Positions 12,417 through 22,845 of a DNA stretch of 64,000 nt are shown in pieces. The stretch spans positions 1,054,001-1,118,000 of the forward strand of contig JAWMAR010000391.1 of assembly GCA_036785375.1 (NCBI GenBank), given 5' to 3'. How positions within the stretch are numbered: position 1 is the stretch's first letter; every line of letters begins with the position of its first letter. The DNA comes from Leucoraja ocellata (taxonomy: Eukaryota). Position numbers and translations under genes: made by a program. The notes under the pieces were generated by a model. The model did not search any database, was not told the origin of the DNA, and saw only the letters and a program-made list of their open reading frames with translations.

Positions 12417-12790
12417 GATGAACTGGTCATAGACTGCCGCAAGCAGGGCTGGAAGGCAAAGTGTATGCCCATCGAGGTTTTGCAGGGCAATTGCTCTGCA
12501 AAGCCTTGAGTGCACTGGGCATAAACGGAGTGGCGAGGAGAAAGGCCATCAAGAACACCGCAGAGGCAGCGGAGATGGCCTCGAGATGGCTCTGGATCAG
12601 GAGAGGAGGTCCATGGGGAGGAACGAATGCCACCTGAACACAAGTCATGGTCTGATCAACCACGGCTGGGTCGCCTGGGTGAGGGTGTCTGATGTTGAAA
12701 GACCCGAAACACCCAATGACCCCAGGTTACATCACTGATGATGTGTTCAGGAGTATCTATTGATGTATTTGTATCAACTGCATTATACCG
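12417..12790 (+). mobile_element. 5'-truncated HERO-like (R2-group, restriction-like endonuclease) non-LTR retrotransposon: ORF C-terminus plus 3' UTR
   Basis: Hand translation across one frameshift: DELVIDCRKQGWKAKCMPIEV / FAGQLLCKALSALGINGVARRKAIKNTAEAAEMASRWLWIRRGGPWGGTNAT* (TGA at 12635-12637). This matches the GW...PxEVGCRGF...EAAExASRWLW C-terminus I recall for HERO elements. Confidence 0.8.
12674..12748 (+). ncRNA. Putative hammerhead ribozyme with reversed strand order and a kink-turn
   Basis: GUC at 12687-12689, GAAA at 12706-12709 and CUGAUGA at 12735-12741. Helix III 12683-88/12709-14 (6 bp), helix I 12690-95/12729-34 (6 bp), imperfect helix II 12701-05/12743-47. Activity untested. 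Confidence 0.6.
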
Positions 12791-13713
12791 CTGAGCTGTG
12801 TTATAGAGTTTGGGGCACAGATCTTTGTGCTTTTCATTACAAAGTGTAGAGGCTGAATGTTGTTTACTCATGTGAGGTTCTTAGAAAAATAGCAATTGGG
12901 CAATAGATTTAAATCTAAAGATTTATGGTGCTGTTAAGGTGAATAGAGTGTTAGGTTATGGAGAATAATATGAAACAAAACCCATTTTATTGTGTTTAAG
13001 GTATGGTATTTTTCAAGGGTTGTGTATGAAATGTATTTGAGCAACTGGAACTTTGATTGTTTTGGAGATGGGTGCAAAACATAAAACTTACTGTAACTGG
13101 AACAATCTTTGAAGTAATGTTGACATTCTTATTCGGGAGGGAGGGAGGGGTAGAAATGGGTGATGGATGGAATAAATTGAACAATGTTCAGACATCCACG
13201 TTCCCTGTAAAGTCCCATCATAAGTGAAGACAAGAGCAGCTGGTACCTGGCATCTAGTCAGTTAAATGGACTTTTCATGCTGAGGTTGTTTAGCTCAATG
13301 ATCACAGCATTCACAAAATAAAATAGTGGATTATATTTCTGTCTCTCCATTTCCAAAGAGCTTAAAGGTCAATGTTTAATGTCCCAATAGAATCGCGTAT
13401 TGTTGTCATGGAAGAATGCAAAGGACGTCTAGTGCAGGTGCATTGTTGAAGTCAATCAACATAGGAGTTACTCAAGGGTTGTTGAGATTTCAAGAAAATG
13501 TGTGGAAGGAGCTACATTTGTCGGAAGAGTGGAACTGCACATTAGAGGGTGGATTTTCTGATTATGTTTGGTCATTTGACTCATTAAATAGGGTTCTAAT
13601 TGGGTTCTGCAGGGAGCAATTAGAATTGAATTTTATCATTCAGCTCTAGTTAGTGCTCTGCTCTATTTAGTCTGGAAAGAGTGCAGAGAAGATTGAGTAT
13701 ATTGCCAGGACTT

Positions 13714-14010
13714 GGGGCAGCACGGTGGTGTAGCGGTACAGTTGTTGCCTTGTAGTGCCAGAGACCCGGGTTCAATCGTGCTGTCTCTGTGGAGTTTGTG
13801 CGTTCTCCCTGAGACTGAGTGGGTTTTCTCCAGGTGCTCCAGTTTCCTCCCACATTCTAATGACATGCATGTTTATTGGTTAATTGACTTCCTTAACTTG
13901 TCCTTGCTGTGTAGGATAAAACTAGTGTATGGGTGATTGCTGGTTGGCACGGACTGTGGGCCGAAGGGCCTGTTTCCACATGGCATTTCTAAACTAAACT
14001 AAACTAAACT
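13714..14010 (+). mobile_element. HE1-like tRNA-derived V-SINE, near full length
   Basis: A-box-like tggtgtagcgg, B-box-like ggttcaatc, V-core, LINE-derived tail gggccgaagggcctgtttcc and (TAAAC)n end. Confidence 0.85.
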
Positions 14011-14402
14011 TGAGGGCCTGAGCTACATGGACAGACTAGAACTTTATTTTGTGGGGTGCAGGAGGCTGAGGGCTGATCTTACGGAGGTGCAGACAATTAT
14101 GATCCAATAGATAGGGTGATTGCACAGAGTCTTGTACCCAGAGTAGGTGAATCAAGAACCAGAAGATGTAGGTTTAAGTTGAGAGGGGAAAGATTGAATA
14201 GGAACCTGAGGGGTGAATTTTTTGGGCTTGCGGAGTAGATAGTTGAGGTAGGTACTGTTAACAAAATTTAAAGGACATTTGGACAGGTACATGGTTAGGA
14301 AAGGTTTGGAATGATATGAGAGAAATGCAGGCAGGTGGGACCAGCTAAGTTGGGACGGCATGGACAAGTTGGGTCGAAGGGCCTGTTTCGGTGCTGTGTG
14401 AC
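14011..14402 (+). mobile_element. CR1/HER1 LINE 3' fragment
   Basis: Degenerate GLSYxxRL...RRLRADLxEVxxIM coding remnant, then the tail gggtcgaagggcctgtttcggtgctgt. Confidence 0.8.
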
Positions 14403-14904
14403 GTCCCGATGAAGGTGCTCGGCTATGAAATAGGTTAGCAAAAATGATGGGGATTTTGAATTGCGAAATAATTATTATTTTGAATGGGTTGGAAACTAGA
14501 AGCGTAAGGTGCTGATTGATTTTTATTTTTTAGCTGGACTGTGGAGGAAATATTGTTACTATGTATGCAGTGTATTTTAATTTAAAGCAGCTGTGATCTT
14601 GCACTACAAACTGAATTAGTAGCTGCCATCTAGATTGAATTATTGGATTAAATGAGAATATGCGTCAGAAGCACCTGCTTGTTGTAATAACAAATCTAAT
14701 TTCCTCGGATAGTGTGGTGCCTATTGGAGGCGAGAGCATTCACCTCTTGTGGTGGGAGGGATGGTTCTGAGCAAAGCATGATCACCAACCACATTCTCTT
14801 TCTTTCATTAAGATGACACAGTGTACATGCTGGAGGAACTCAATGGGTTGGGCACCATCCATGGCAGGAAATGGATGGACAACATTTCGAGTTGGGACAA
14901 GGTT

Positions 14905-15465
14905 TTTGGGGGATTTTTCTTTATTATAGAGAAAATTCTTCTGTCATCAGCTGTGGAGGTCTTCCTTCGCCTGCCAGCCCCTTTGCGATTAGTAAGCTCA
15001 CCGATGCTATTTCTTCTTAATGATGTTCCAAACAGTTGATTTTGGTAAGCTTAAGGTTTGGCTGATGTCTCTAACAGTTTTATTCTTATTTCTCAGTCTC
15101 ATAAAGGCTTCTTAGACTTTCCTTGACACTACTTTGGTCCTCATGTTGATAAACAGCAATAAAAGGTTCCAAAGGTGATGGAAAGACTGGAGGAAAGACT
15201 AAGTCCTGAGAGCTCTCTTATACCTGCATTAAAGAGGCATTTAAACACACCTGAGCAATTACTAACATCTTTGAAGCCACGTGTCCCAACCATTTTGGTG
15301 CCCTGAAATGTGGGGACTATGTATAAACACAGCTGAATTTTGTATGTGGTGTAACCAAAATGTATGAAAATACCCTTTCATAAAACCTGACAATGTGCAC
15401 TTCAACCACATGTGATTTTTTTTTTTCCTATTACATATCTCAAATTGTGGAGTACAGAGGCAAAT
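14905..15465 (-). mobile_element. Tc1/mariner transposon left-end relic with transposase N-terminus
   Basis: Reading from ATG at 15144 on the minus strand: MRTKVVSRKV*EAFMRLRNKNKTVRDISQTLSLPKSTVWNIIKKK*/GELTNRKGAGRRRKTSTADDRRI. This is a paired-like HTH plus GRPR-like motif, with stops and a frameshift. Confidence 0.8.
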
Positions 15466-15698
15466 TTCAGCACCATTTTCAAAGAACAGCCTTTACATTA
15501 AATACACAGTATGAAAATAAACCTTTCAGATCAACCAGACCGTGCCAGATTATATTCTGCACTGGAACTTCCTCCCATCCTAATCAGCACAACTTCATTA
15601 CTATTGCAATTATAGATGCCAATCAGGAATGGATTGAAGTAAAAATGTGAAAAGCTGGAAATAGTCATTGGGCAAGGCCACCTCTATGGAGATTGAAT

Positions 15699-15990
15699 TT
15701 CAGTTTAGTTTATTGTCACCTGTACCAGGGTGCAGTGAAAAGTTTTTTTTGCATGCTAGCCAGCCAGCGGAAAGACAATACATGATTACAATTGAGCAAT
15801 TCGCAGTGTACAGATACATGATAAAGGAATAACGTTTAGTGCAAGGTAAAGCCAATAAAGTCTGATCAAACATGGTCCGAGGATCCCCAATGAGGAAGAT
15901 ACTAGTTCAGGACTGCTCTCTGGTTGTGGTAGGATGGTTCAGTGGCCTCATAGCAGTTGGGGAAGAAACTGTCCCTGAATCTGGAAGTAG
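15699..15990 (-). mobile_element. Rex/Babar-like LINE 3' end lying inside an older fold-back Penelope-like element (about 15640-16100)
   Basis: Minus-strand RFRDSFFP remnant and AATAAA(CTAAA)n tail. A close sister copy lies at about 18465-18700. Confidence 0.7.
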
Positions 15991-16301
15991 GATTGACTAG
16001 CAGCTTCAAGGATCTTGCATTTGGAAGTTCTGATGAGAGACCACTGAAGTGAAATGTTAATTCTGTTTCTCTCTTCCCCAATGATGCTTGATGCAAATGT
16101 TTGCGTTTTTTTTTTTTGTTTTTAAGAACCATATAACCATATTCCAGTTTTTTCCATCTCAGTAATTCCAATCTAGGGATGCCATAACTTAGTTTTAAAC
16201 CATATAACTCTCCTGACGGTGAGGATCTTCATTAAGCCCGGTTGAAATCTAAGTCACAAAAGCAAAAATGAAGTAAATCCCCGTCGTACAATCGTGCTTC
16301 T

Positions 16302-16500
16302 AAAGGGCCTGTCCCACTTGCTTTTTTTTTTTTTTTTTGCCGACTGCCGGTGTCATATCAGGGTCGCCAAAAGATTTTGAACATTTAAAAATCCAGCGAC
16401 GACAAAAAAATGTTGGGACACCTGAAAAAACACTGTGCGTGTCAATACATCACCGTGTCGCATCACGCCACAAATTTTTCGGTGTCAGTCAATGATGCTG
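16302..16500. mobile_element. Harbinger-like non-autonomous DNA transposon, one end only
   Basis: Starts taaagggcctgtcccactt, the same terminal motif as the complete TIR elements below. Confidence 0.55.
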
Positions 16501-18464
16501 GCCCTCAAGACTGCAGCAAACCTCCAATGTAGGTAGATTAAAGTTGTTCAGCTAGCACATATAAGTGCTGAGTAAAATGTTTCTTGCGTAAGCAAACCCT
16601 GCTTCAAGATTAGCAGCCAGAAAAAGATTTTTTTAAATCGAGTTTTTCATCTGTATAAATACAATACATTTTATTCTAAAAAGATTCTCCCTCCACCACT
16701 TTCCACATACCTGCTTCCCTCTCTTGTAACTTTTCAATGCTTTGTGTTTGGTTATAATCTCTTGATTGCTATTTGAAAAGTAATGATTTATGAATTTTAG
16801 ATTAGCACTTACTTAGGATAAAAACAGCTTCAGTGTTGTTGACCCTTTCCGATTTTACTTTTGACCCCATGCACTTTAGTAACCTACAGAAAAGTGTATT
16901 TACAATTGAGACCTGAAGAAAACAGCCACATTATTAAAACATTGATTATTCAATGCAGTGATTTTTACATAGTTTTCTTGTGATTTTTGAAGGAATTTGT
17001 TTAAAGCAATATTTCCAGAAATGTCAGAGATATCCAGTCATGGAAATCAATTTTAGCCAATCATGGGCATATTTCATGGAGTCTGAAGAAGGCTCCTGAC
17101 CTGAAAAGCTACGTATCCATGTTCTTCAGCGATGCTGCTTGATGCGCCGGGTTACTCCAGCACTTTTTGTGGACAGTTTTAATCTTTTTTGTGTGAGACA
17201 AAGTTTTAAGAATGTGGATAAACTGGTGTATAACGTTCCTGAATGTGAAATATTCTGCCTTAATTATATTGTAAGTCATAATATAATGCCGAATCAATTA
17301 ATGGAACAGGGATGAGTATTGCTGGAGTTGTTTGGAGTTCATATGAAAAGTCTCATTCTGTTTGAATAACACATGGAGAGTCCTTACCATGAGATGGTGA
17401 ATCCTGTCCCTGTTTTCACTGTGTATATTAGCTGATCTTTGACTCGTAACACTGCACTTAATCACTTGGACCAGGAAGGGGAAAAGTTAATGTTTCCACT
17501 TTAACCTACACCCTCCTTTTCCCAGTGAAATCTTGGATGAGTTGCAGTTGCAGAACAGAATCAGGCCCTTTGGCAATGTTGGCAACGGATCGAAAAGTTT
17601 CACTTTATGGACTTTGCATAAAGAAGAGTGAATTGTGAAAGGTACCCGAAGCTGTCACTGCTCAATTCAGAAGCACAGAAACTTAATAATGTATTGGTGG
17701 AGTTGGTTTTATTTTGAACCCCAGCCCACACAAAGCAGGGAGCCAACATATTGAAAAACTCTCACAACTAATATGATGGCTCCTGACTGTGAGGGCCAAA
17801 AATGATCTGTCAAATAAGTTAACAGTGAGCCAACCTTCACTGGTCCTGATCTGTAGATGTACAAAATAGGTTCATGTGTGATTGCAGATTTATTACTTAG
17901 ACCAAGATGGGTAGAGTAGGAAATGTAAATTTACGCTCGTTCAGGAAATATGTCCAGTTAGATCGTGCCATAAAATGTAATATTTTTCCAATGACTTGTT
18001 TTACCTGACATATGGGTGTGGAACACCATAGATAATCAAGTTTAATTCAGAAAGGTGAACAAATGTTCATTTTCACCAGTAATTACATAATTTGTTGAGA
18101 GTCTGAAGAAGGGACCCAACTTGAACATTGTCTGTCGATCTTCCCCCCACAAATGCTGTCTGGCCCGCTGAGTTCCTCCTGCAGTTTATTTTTTTGCTTG
18201 TTGAGAATTTAATTGGTTTTGGACCACTGGGCATACCATTGGCCCCATGAGATTTTGACAGCAAAAACAATAACCATGTGATATTTGATAGTGCCCCATT
18301 ACTCCTACTTTCCATCAGTGCATAGATTTTAACTTGGCTCCAGTGGCAATGTCATTTCTTAAGGGAGGGTGATACTTTTCCTTTATTTCCAGCTGGGTAA
18401 TTATCACTTATTAACATTATTAGCTCACCAAACAGCTTGGTGCCTTCCAATGAATAGTACAGTT

Positions 18465-18705
18465 AAGTTTAGTTTATTGTCACGTTTACCAAGGTACAGT
18501 GAAAAGCTTTTGTTGCGTGCTAACCATTCAGCAAAAAGACAAATCATCATTACAATCGAGCCATTTAAGGTGTATAGATAAATGATGAGGGAATAACGTT
18601 TAGTGCAAGGTAAAGCCAGCAAAGTCCGACCAAGGCTAGTCCAAGGGTCACCAATGAGGTTGATAGTAGTTCAGCACTGGCTGATTCAGTTGTCTGATAA
18701 TGTGG
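18465..18705 (-). mobile_element. Rex/Babar-like LINE 3' end
   Basis: Closely similar to 15699-15990 (gtttagtttattgtcac...ggaataacgtttagtgcaaggtaaagcca). Confidence 0.7.
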
Positions 18706-18733
18706 ATAAGCGGTTCAGATTTTTCTCCCTTAT

Positions 18734-18929
18734 GTGCCCGTCCCACTTTGGCGACTGCCAGGGACTAGTTTTAATGAAATTCACCTACGACACCTGGCGA
18801 CAACCTACGACAGCACCTACGTCAACCTACCACAGCAAAAATTGTCACCACTGCAGCCAAAAAATGTTTCAACGTGTTGCAAATTTTGTGGCAGTCGCCC
18901 AAAAATTCGCCTAAGTGGGACAGGCTTAT
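18734..18929. mobile_element. MITE, Harbinger-like
   Basis: TIRs gcccgtcccactt...ggcga / tcgcc...aagtgggacaggc, with TTA in both flanks. Confidence 0.65.
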
Positions 18930-21792
18930 TAGTTGATTTGTTAAACAGGTTATAAAATCTGAAGTAATTTGACATTATTTTGTAATTTGGTCATCTATTT
19001 CCTGTACCAATCTTCATAAGACTAGAAAAGTGGGATGGCAGGGTACCTAGCTAAATTTTTCATAGCCTTGGGCTATCAGGTTACTGTGAATTTCAACCAC
19101 TGATAGGGTTATTGACATTTAATCAGTGTAACCTTTTGCCCTCACCAGGAAAAATGGCTTCCGTTTAGAATGCTGACATTTTCGCAAAAGCATCAGACAT
19201 TTGAAGTTGGGTGTAAAAAGGGTATTAATAATGGCAATAGCGGTGTATTTCCTAACCAGCATTTATGTTTGCGTCACTAACATTTTTGAGAGCTGCATAA
19301 CATTGACTTAACACACAAATAATTTGAGTTGCTGTACCCTTTTTAAAGTTTTTTTCACTCAGAAAATGCTTTCTTCTTTGTTGGCCTAATAAGTGTAACA
19401 TAGCCTGTGGGCTAAAACTTGTGTTATCACTGCTTCACTTCAATAGCAGTCATTGAGTTTATCTGCACAATGACAGGCATTCATCAATTTATGTATAAAG
19501 CTTATGTATGTCATTCAGCCATCGGCAAAAACTGGAAGCGTCAAGCTTTGTTAAATCATTCATCAGAACATAGAGCTGTGCTATGGTGATAGTCTTCCTG
19601 CATATTGGAATCTGGCTACAACTTAATTCAAAGAAAAACATTAAACGGTAACTTATAGTCAGCTGTAAACATGCAAGCTATTAAATTCAAAGTGCTGATT
19701 GTACTGTAAATTCTGGTCATAGAATTTGAATGAGACCGGATGGGATAGTGTTAATGAATGTAATTTACTCAATTCTGTCTCAAACTATAGCCCAGTTTCA
19801 ATAACATTTTTGTTTTTTTGGACAAAATGTACATTAGAATTAAGTTAGCTGTAATTAATGTCAATTTGGGCAGAAATAAGAATTGCGCTGTGTGAACTAT
19901 TTTAAGCAAATATTTCAGAAATTAAAAACAAAATCTGTCCGCACTATCTCCCTTGTCACTCTTGAAGAATGTCCGATGGGTTCTGTTCATCTATTGGTAC
20001 CTTACAGAGTGGGAGTTCTTTATGAATAAGTTTCTAGGGTGCGTAACTGTGACATCTCGAGATCCTGATCCCTTTCTGCCAAGGTGTATTTTTGTCCCTG
20101 CACAGCCATCAGGGTATGCAACGTGGACATTTATCATTGCCCTGGATATGATCTGTTTTTTTTAGAATACAAGGCTCACTACTTCTCAGTTGCATGGTTC
20201 TGTTGAGATTTTATGGGAGAAATGGTAAACCCTTTATCAGAAAGGGTTTCTCCTTCCACTGATGCTGCCTGACCTGCTGCGTATTTACAGGATTTTCTGT
20301 CTTTTTTGGATTTTCATTTGCAGTTTTTTTTTTTTTCTTGGTTTTGTTTTACTGTTGAAATATGTAGTAGAAACAAGTGTGAATGATGGAAAATAAACCT
20401 GGGAATATTTTGAGATAAATGCCATTAAAACTGATTGTAGCCTAAAATTTTATCACATTTTCATTTCATCTCGGTAATGTGATACTAATTATGCGTTTAT
20501 AGCCAATTACATCGACAACCTAATCTCCATAGGGAGATAACCCACAATTGAGCAAAATTGGGGGAAAATGGGCACTGCTAAATGTTTTAAGGATCACAAT
20601 TAGTTAATTTCAACATCCTTTTGATAAAATGTGCCCCTGACGTGATTGCTACCAAGTTTTGGAAACCTTTTCTTCTGGACAAAAGAGCTGTAGGAAAGTC
20701 ATTGCCTTGTCCCTGTGGCAAAGCATTGACATCTTAAAGTGATAGGATGGTCAACACAATAACTTGACCATTTAGAAGCTGCCACAAAGCCTTTGCAGGG
20801 GCTACCCTTGTGACCCTAGACTCTGAGGCCAGGCTATTCATTGGAGAATTCTCTTTTGTTATCCTTTGCCAGTGGTCAGTGAACTCTAGCAGGTTTTGCT
20901 AACCACCTTAGCAACAAATGATCAGCTGCATCTTTCCCTGATTAATTTAGTTTATTCTATTAGCACATTCATTACTTTGAGCACCCTTTGGAAGGAATCC
21001 ATTTTGGGGAAACATCCACTTTAAACAAAATTTAAAAATTGCTTGATTTTTTTTTTCCTCGTGTTGAAATTTAAATTTTCTGCTAACTCTGTTTTATTAG
21101 CTCGTTCTTAAACATTGAGGCCCAGATCAAAACCCAGTACTTTGGGTAGTTTGTGTTTGCTCAAAGTAATTCTAGCTGCATTGATACTTCAGGTTAGATG
21201 GGATCTGGGTAGACGCACTAACCAGCAGAAAGATATCCTGCCTGGCCGGTCATGTAGTTGGTGTTCTCTTCTGTCTGCCTGGCACTCTCCATTTCCCTTG
21301 ATCACAGCGTGGAGTAGGTTTATGGCTATTTGCATATGAAGTGATAAAATGACCCTTTTGAATCGGCTCTGATATGTGGAGGACCAAGCAACATTCCACT
21401 GCAAAATGAACTCGGTTGGAGTCAGAAAAAGGCAGTAGTTTGAGCTTTTGCGGTGCATGGGCTGCTCTTTAGTTTGTGGTGTTCATAAAGAAAGAAGGGT
21501 GCCAAGAGTCAGTATTCTGGTCTTTGTCCATTGTGGAATTTGATCAGACCTGCTTGCGATGCTGGAAATGTGCGAGCCCAAGTATTGGACTGCCTGCCTT
21601 GGTGAACAACTGGTAACTTTGTCAATTAGAACGGATGCATTAAAATGATAAGAATTTGAACATTTTCAAAGTAAAATAAGTTTTTAAAAAAAACCCCAAT
21701 TATGATAATTGAAACACCTATCATTGGTCGCATGATAATTAAAATCAGCAAATTATATTTGATGTTAAAATCCTTTTCTAAAGCTCTGTGTA

Positions 21793-21795
<3 letters not shown>

Positions 21796-21828
<33 letters not shown>
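21796..21828. repeat. (TG)n microsatellite
   Basis: Direct reading. Confidence 0.95.
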
Positions 21829-21833
<5 letters not shown>

Positions 21834-21964
21834 TGATGAGGATATGGGGAGAATGAAAATGTGGTTCATGTGTAAACGTGTGCTGTATGGTCAATGTGGC
21901 TCATTGGGCTGAAGGGCCTGTTTTCATGCTGTATTTCCCTAACTGACTACTTGGTCCTCCCCAA

Positions 21965-22205
21965 AATAAAACAAAAACCCCAAGATGCTGTAAATACTCA
22001 GCAGGTCAGACTGCTTCTGTGGGAAGAGTTATTGGTTAAGATCAATGATCCTTCATCTGAATTGGAAAACACTGGGGAAGGACAGATTGGTTTTTGGCCT
22101 GAACCATGAGCTCTTGTTTCTCCACACAGAGACTGACTCTTCCGTTGAGTGTTCCACCTGTTTTGGTGTTTTATTTCAGATCTCCAGCATCTGCACCTCT
22201 TGATT
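21965..22205. mobile_element. Old fold-back Penelope-like element
   Basis: Degenerate arms ...atactcagcaggtcagactgcttctgtgg / ccacacagagactgac...gttgagtgttcca...ccagcatctgca. Confidence 0.55.
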
Positions 22206-22299
22206 TGAATTTGTCTCTCCCTATCCTTCCCCCAGCTCTAAATCTCCTGAGATATCTCCTGAAAATTGATGCTTCTATAGGTTTGGCCATTTAAGCACC

Positions 22300-22522
22300 C
22301 CCTGTCCCACTTTGGAACCCGGAACGGAAACCTCTGGAGACTTTGCGCCCCACCCAAGGTTTCCGTGCGGTTCCAGGAGATTGCAGGTGGTTGCTGGTAG
22401 TTGCAGGTAGTGGAAGCAGGTAGGGAGACTGACAAAAACCTCCGGGAACCGCACGGAAACCTTGGGTGGGGCGGTAAGTCTCCAGAGGTTTCTGTTCAGG
22501 TTTCCTAAGTGGGACAGGGGCA
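22300..22522. mobile_element. MITE with about 85-bp inverted arms, Harbinger-like termini
   Basis: ccctgtcccactt...gaaacctctggagactt...ccccacccaaggtttccgtgcggttcc mirrored by ggaaccgcacggaaaccttgggtgggg...aagtctccagaggtttc...aagtgggacagggg. Confidence 0.8.
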
Positions 22523-22624
22523 TTAAGCACCACTGTTGTGGTTTCATTGGCTGCTATAACCCAAACACCAGAGTTCCATCCTTTAACCATTCATCCTCTC
22601 TGCCTGACTTCCTTACATTTAAAA

Positions 22625-22845
22625 AAAAAAACAATTGCTGTGGGAACTCAGCAGGCCAGGCAGCATCTGATAAGGGAAAAGGATGAACAACTGTGCAGGT
22701 CAGGGCCCTTCTTTAGCTTTCAGAATAAAGGTCTCGGCCTGGCTCGACCCGTTGTCTTGTCCTTTTCCCTCCACAGATGCCGTCTGACCCACTGAGTTCT
22801 TCCAGCACTTTTTGTTTTGCTTATAGCATCTACCGTCTCCTGTCT
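22625..22845. mobile_element. Fold-back Penelope-like element
   Basis: ggaactcagcaggccaggcagcatctg mirrored by cagatgccgtctgacccactgagttc. Confidence 0.65.

Noticed and set aside
12674-12748. Box C/D snoRNA reading of the UGAUGA, CUGA and k-turn motifs
   Set aside because: The motifs are not arranged as a 5' box C and 3' box D with a terminal stem, and the segment directly follows a retrotransposon ORF stop.
13714-13790. tRNA gene
   Set aside because: The A/B boxes belong to a SINE head that continues into a V-core and a LINE-derived tail.
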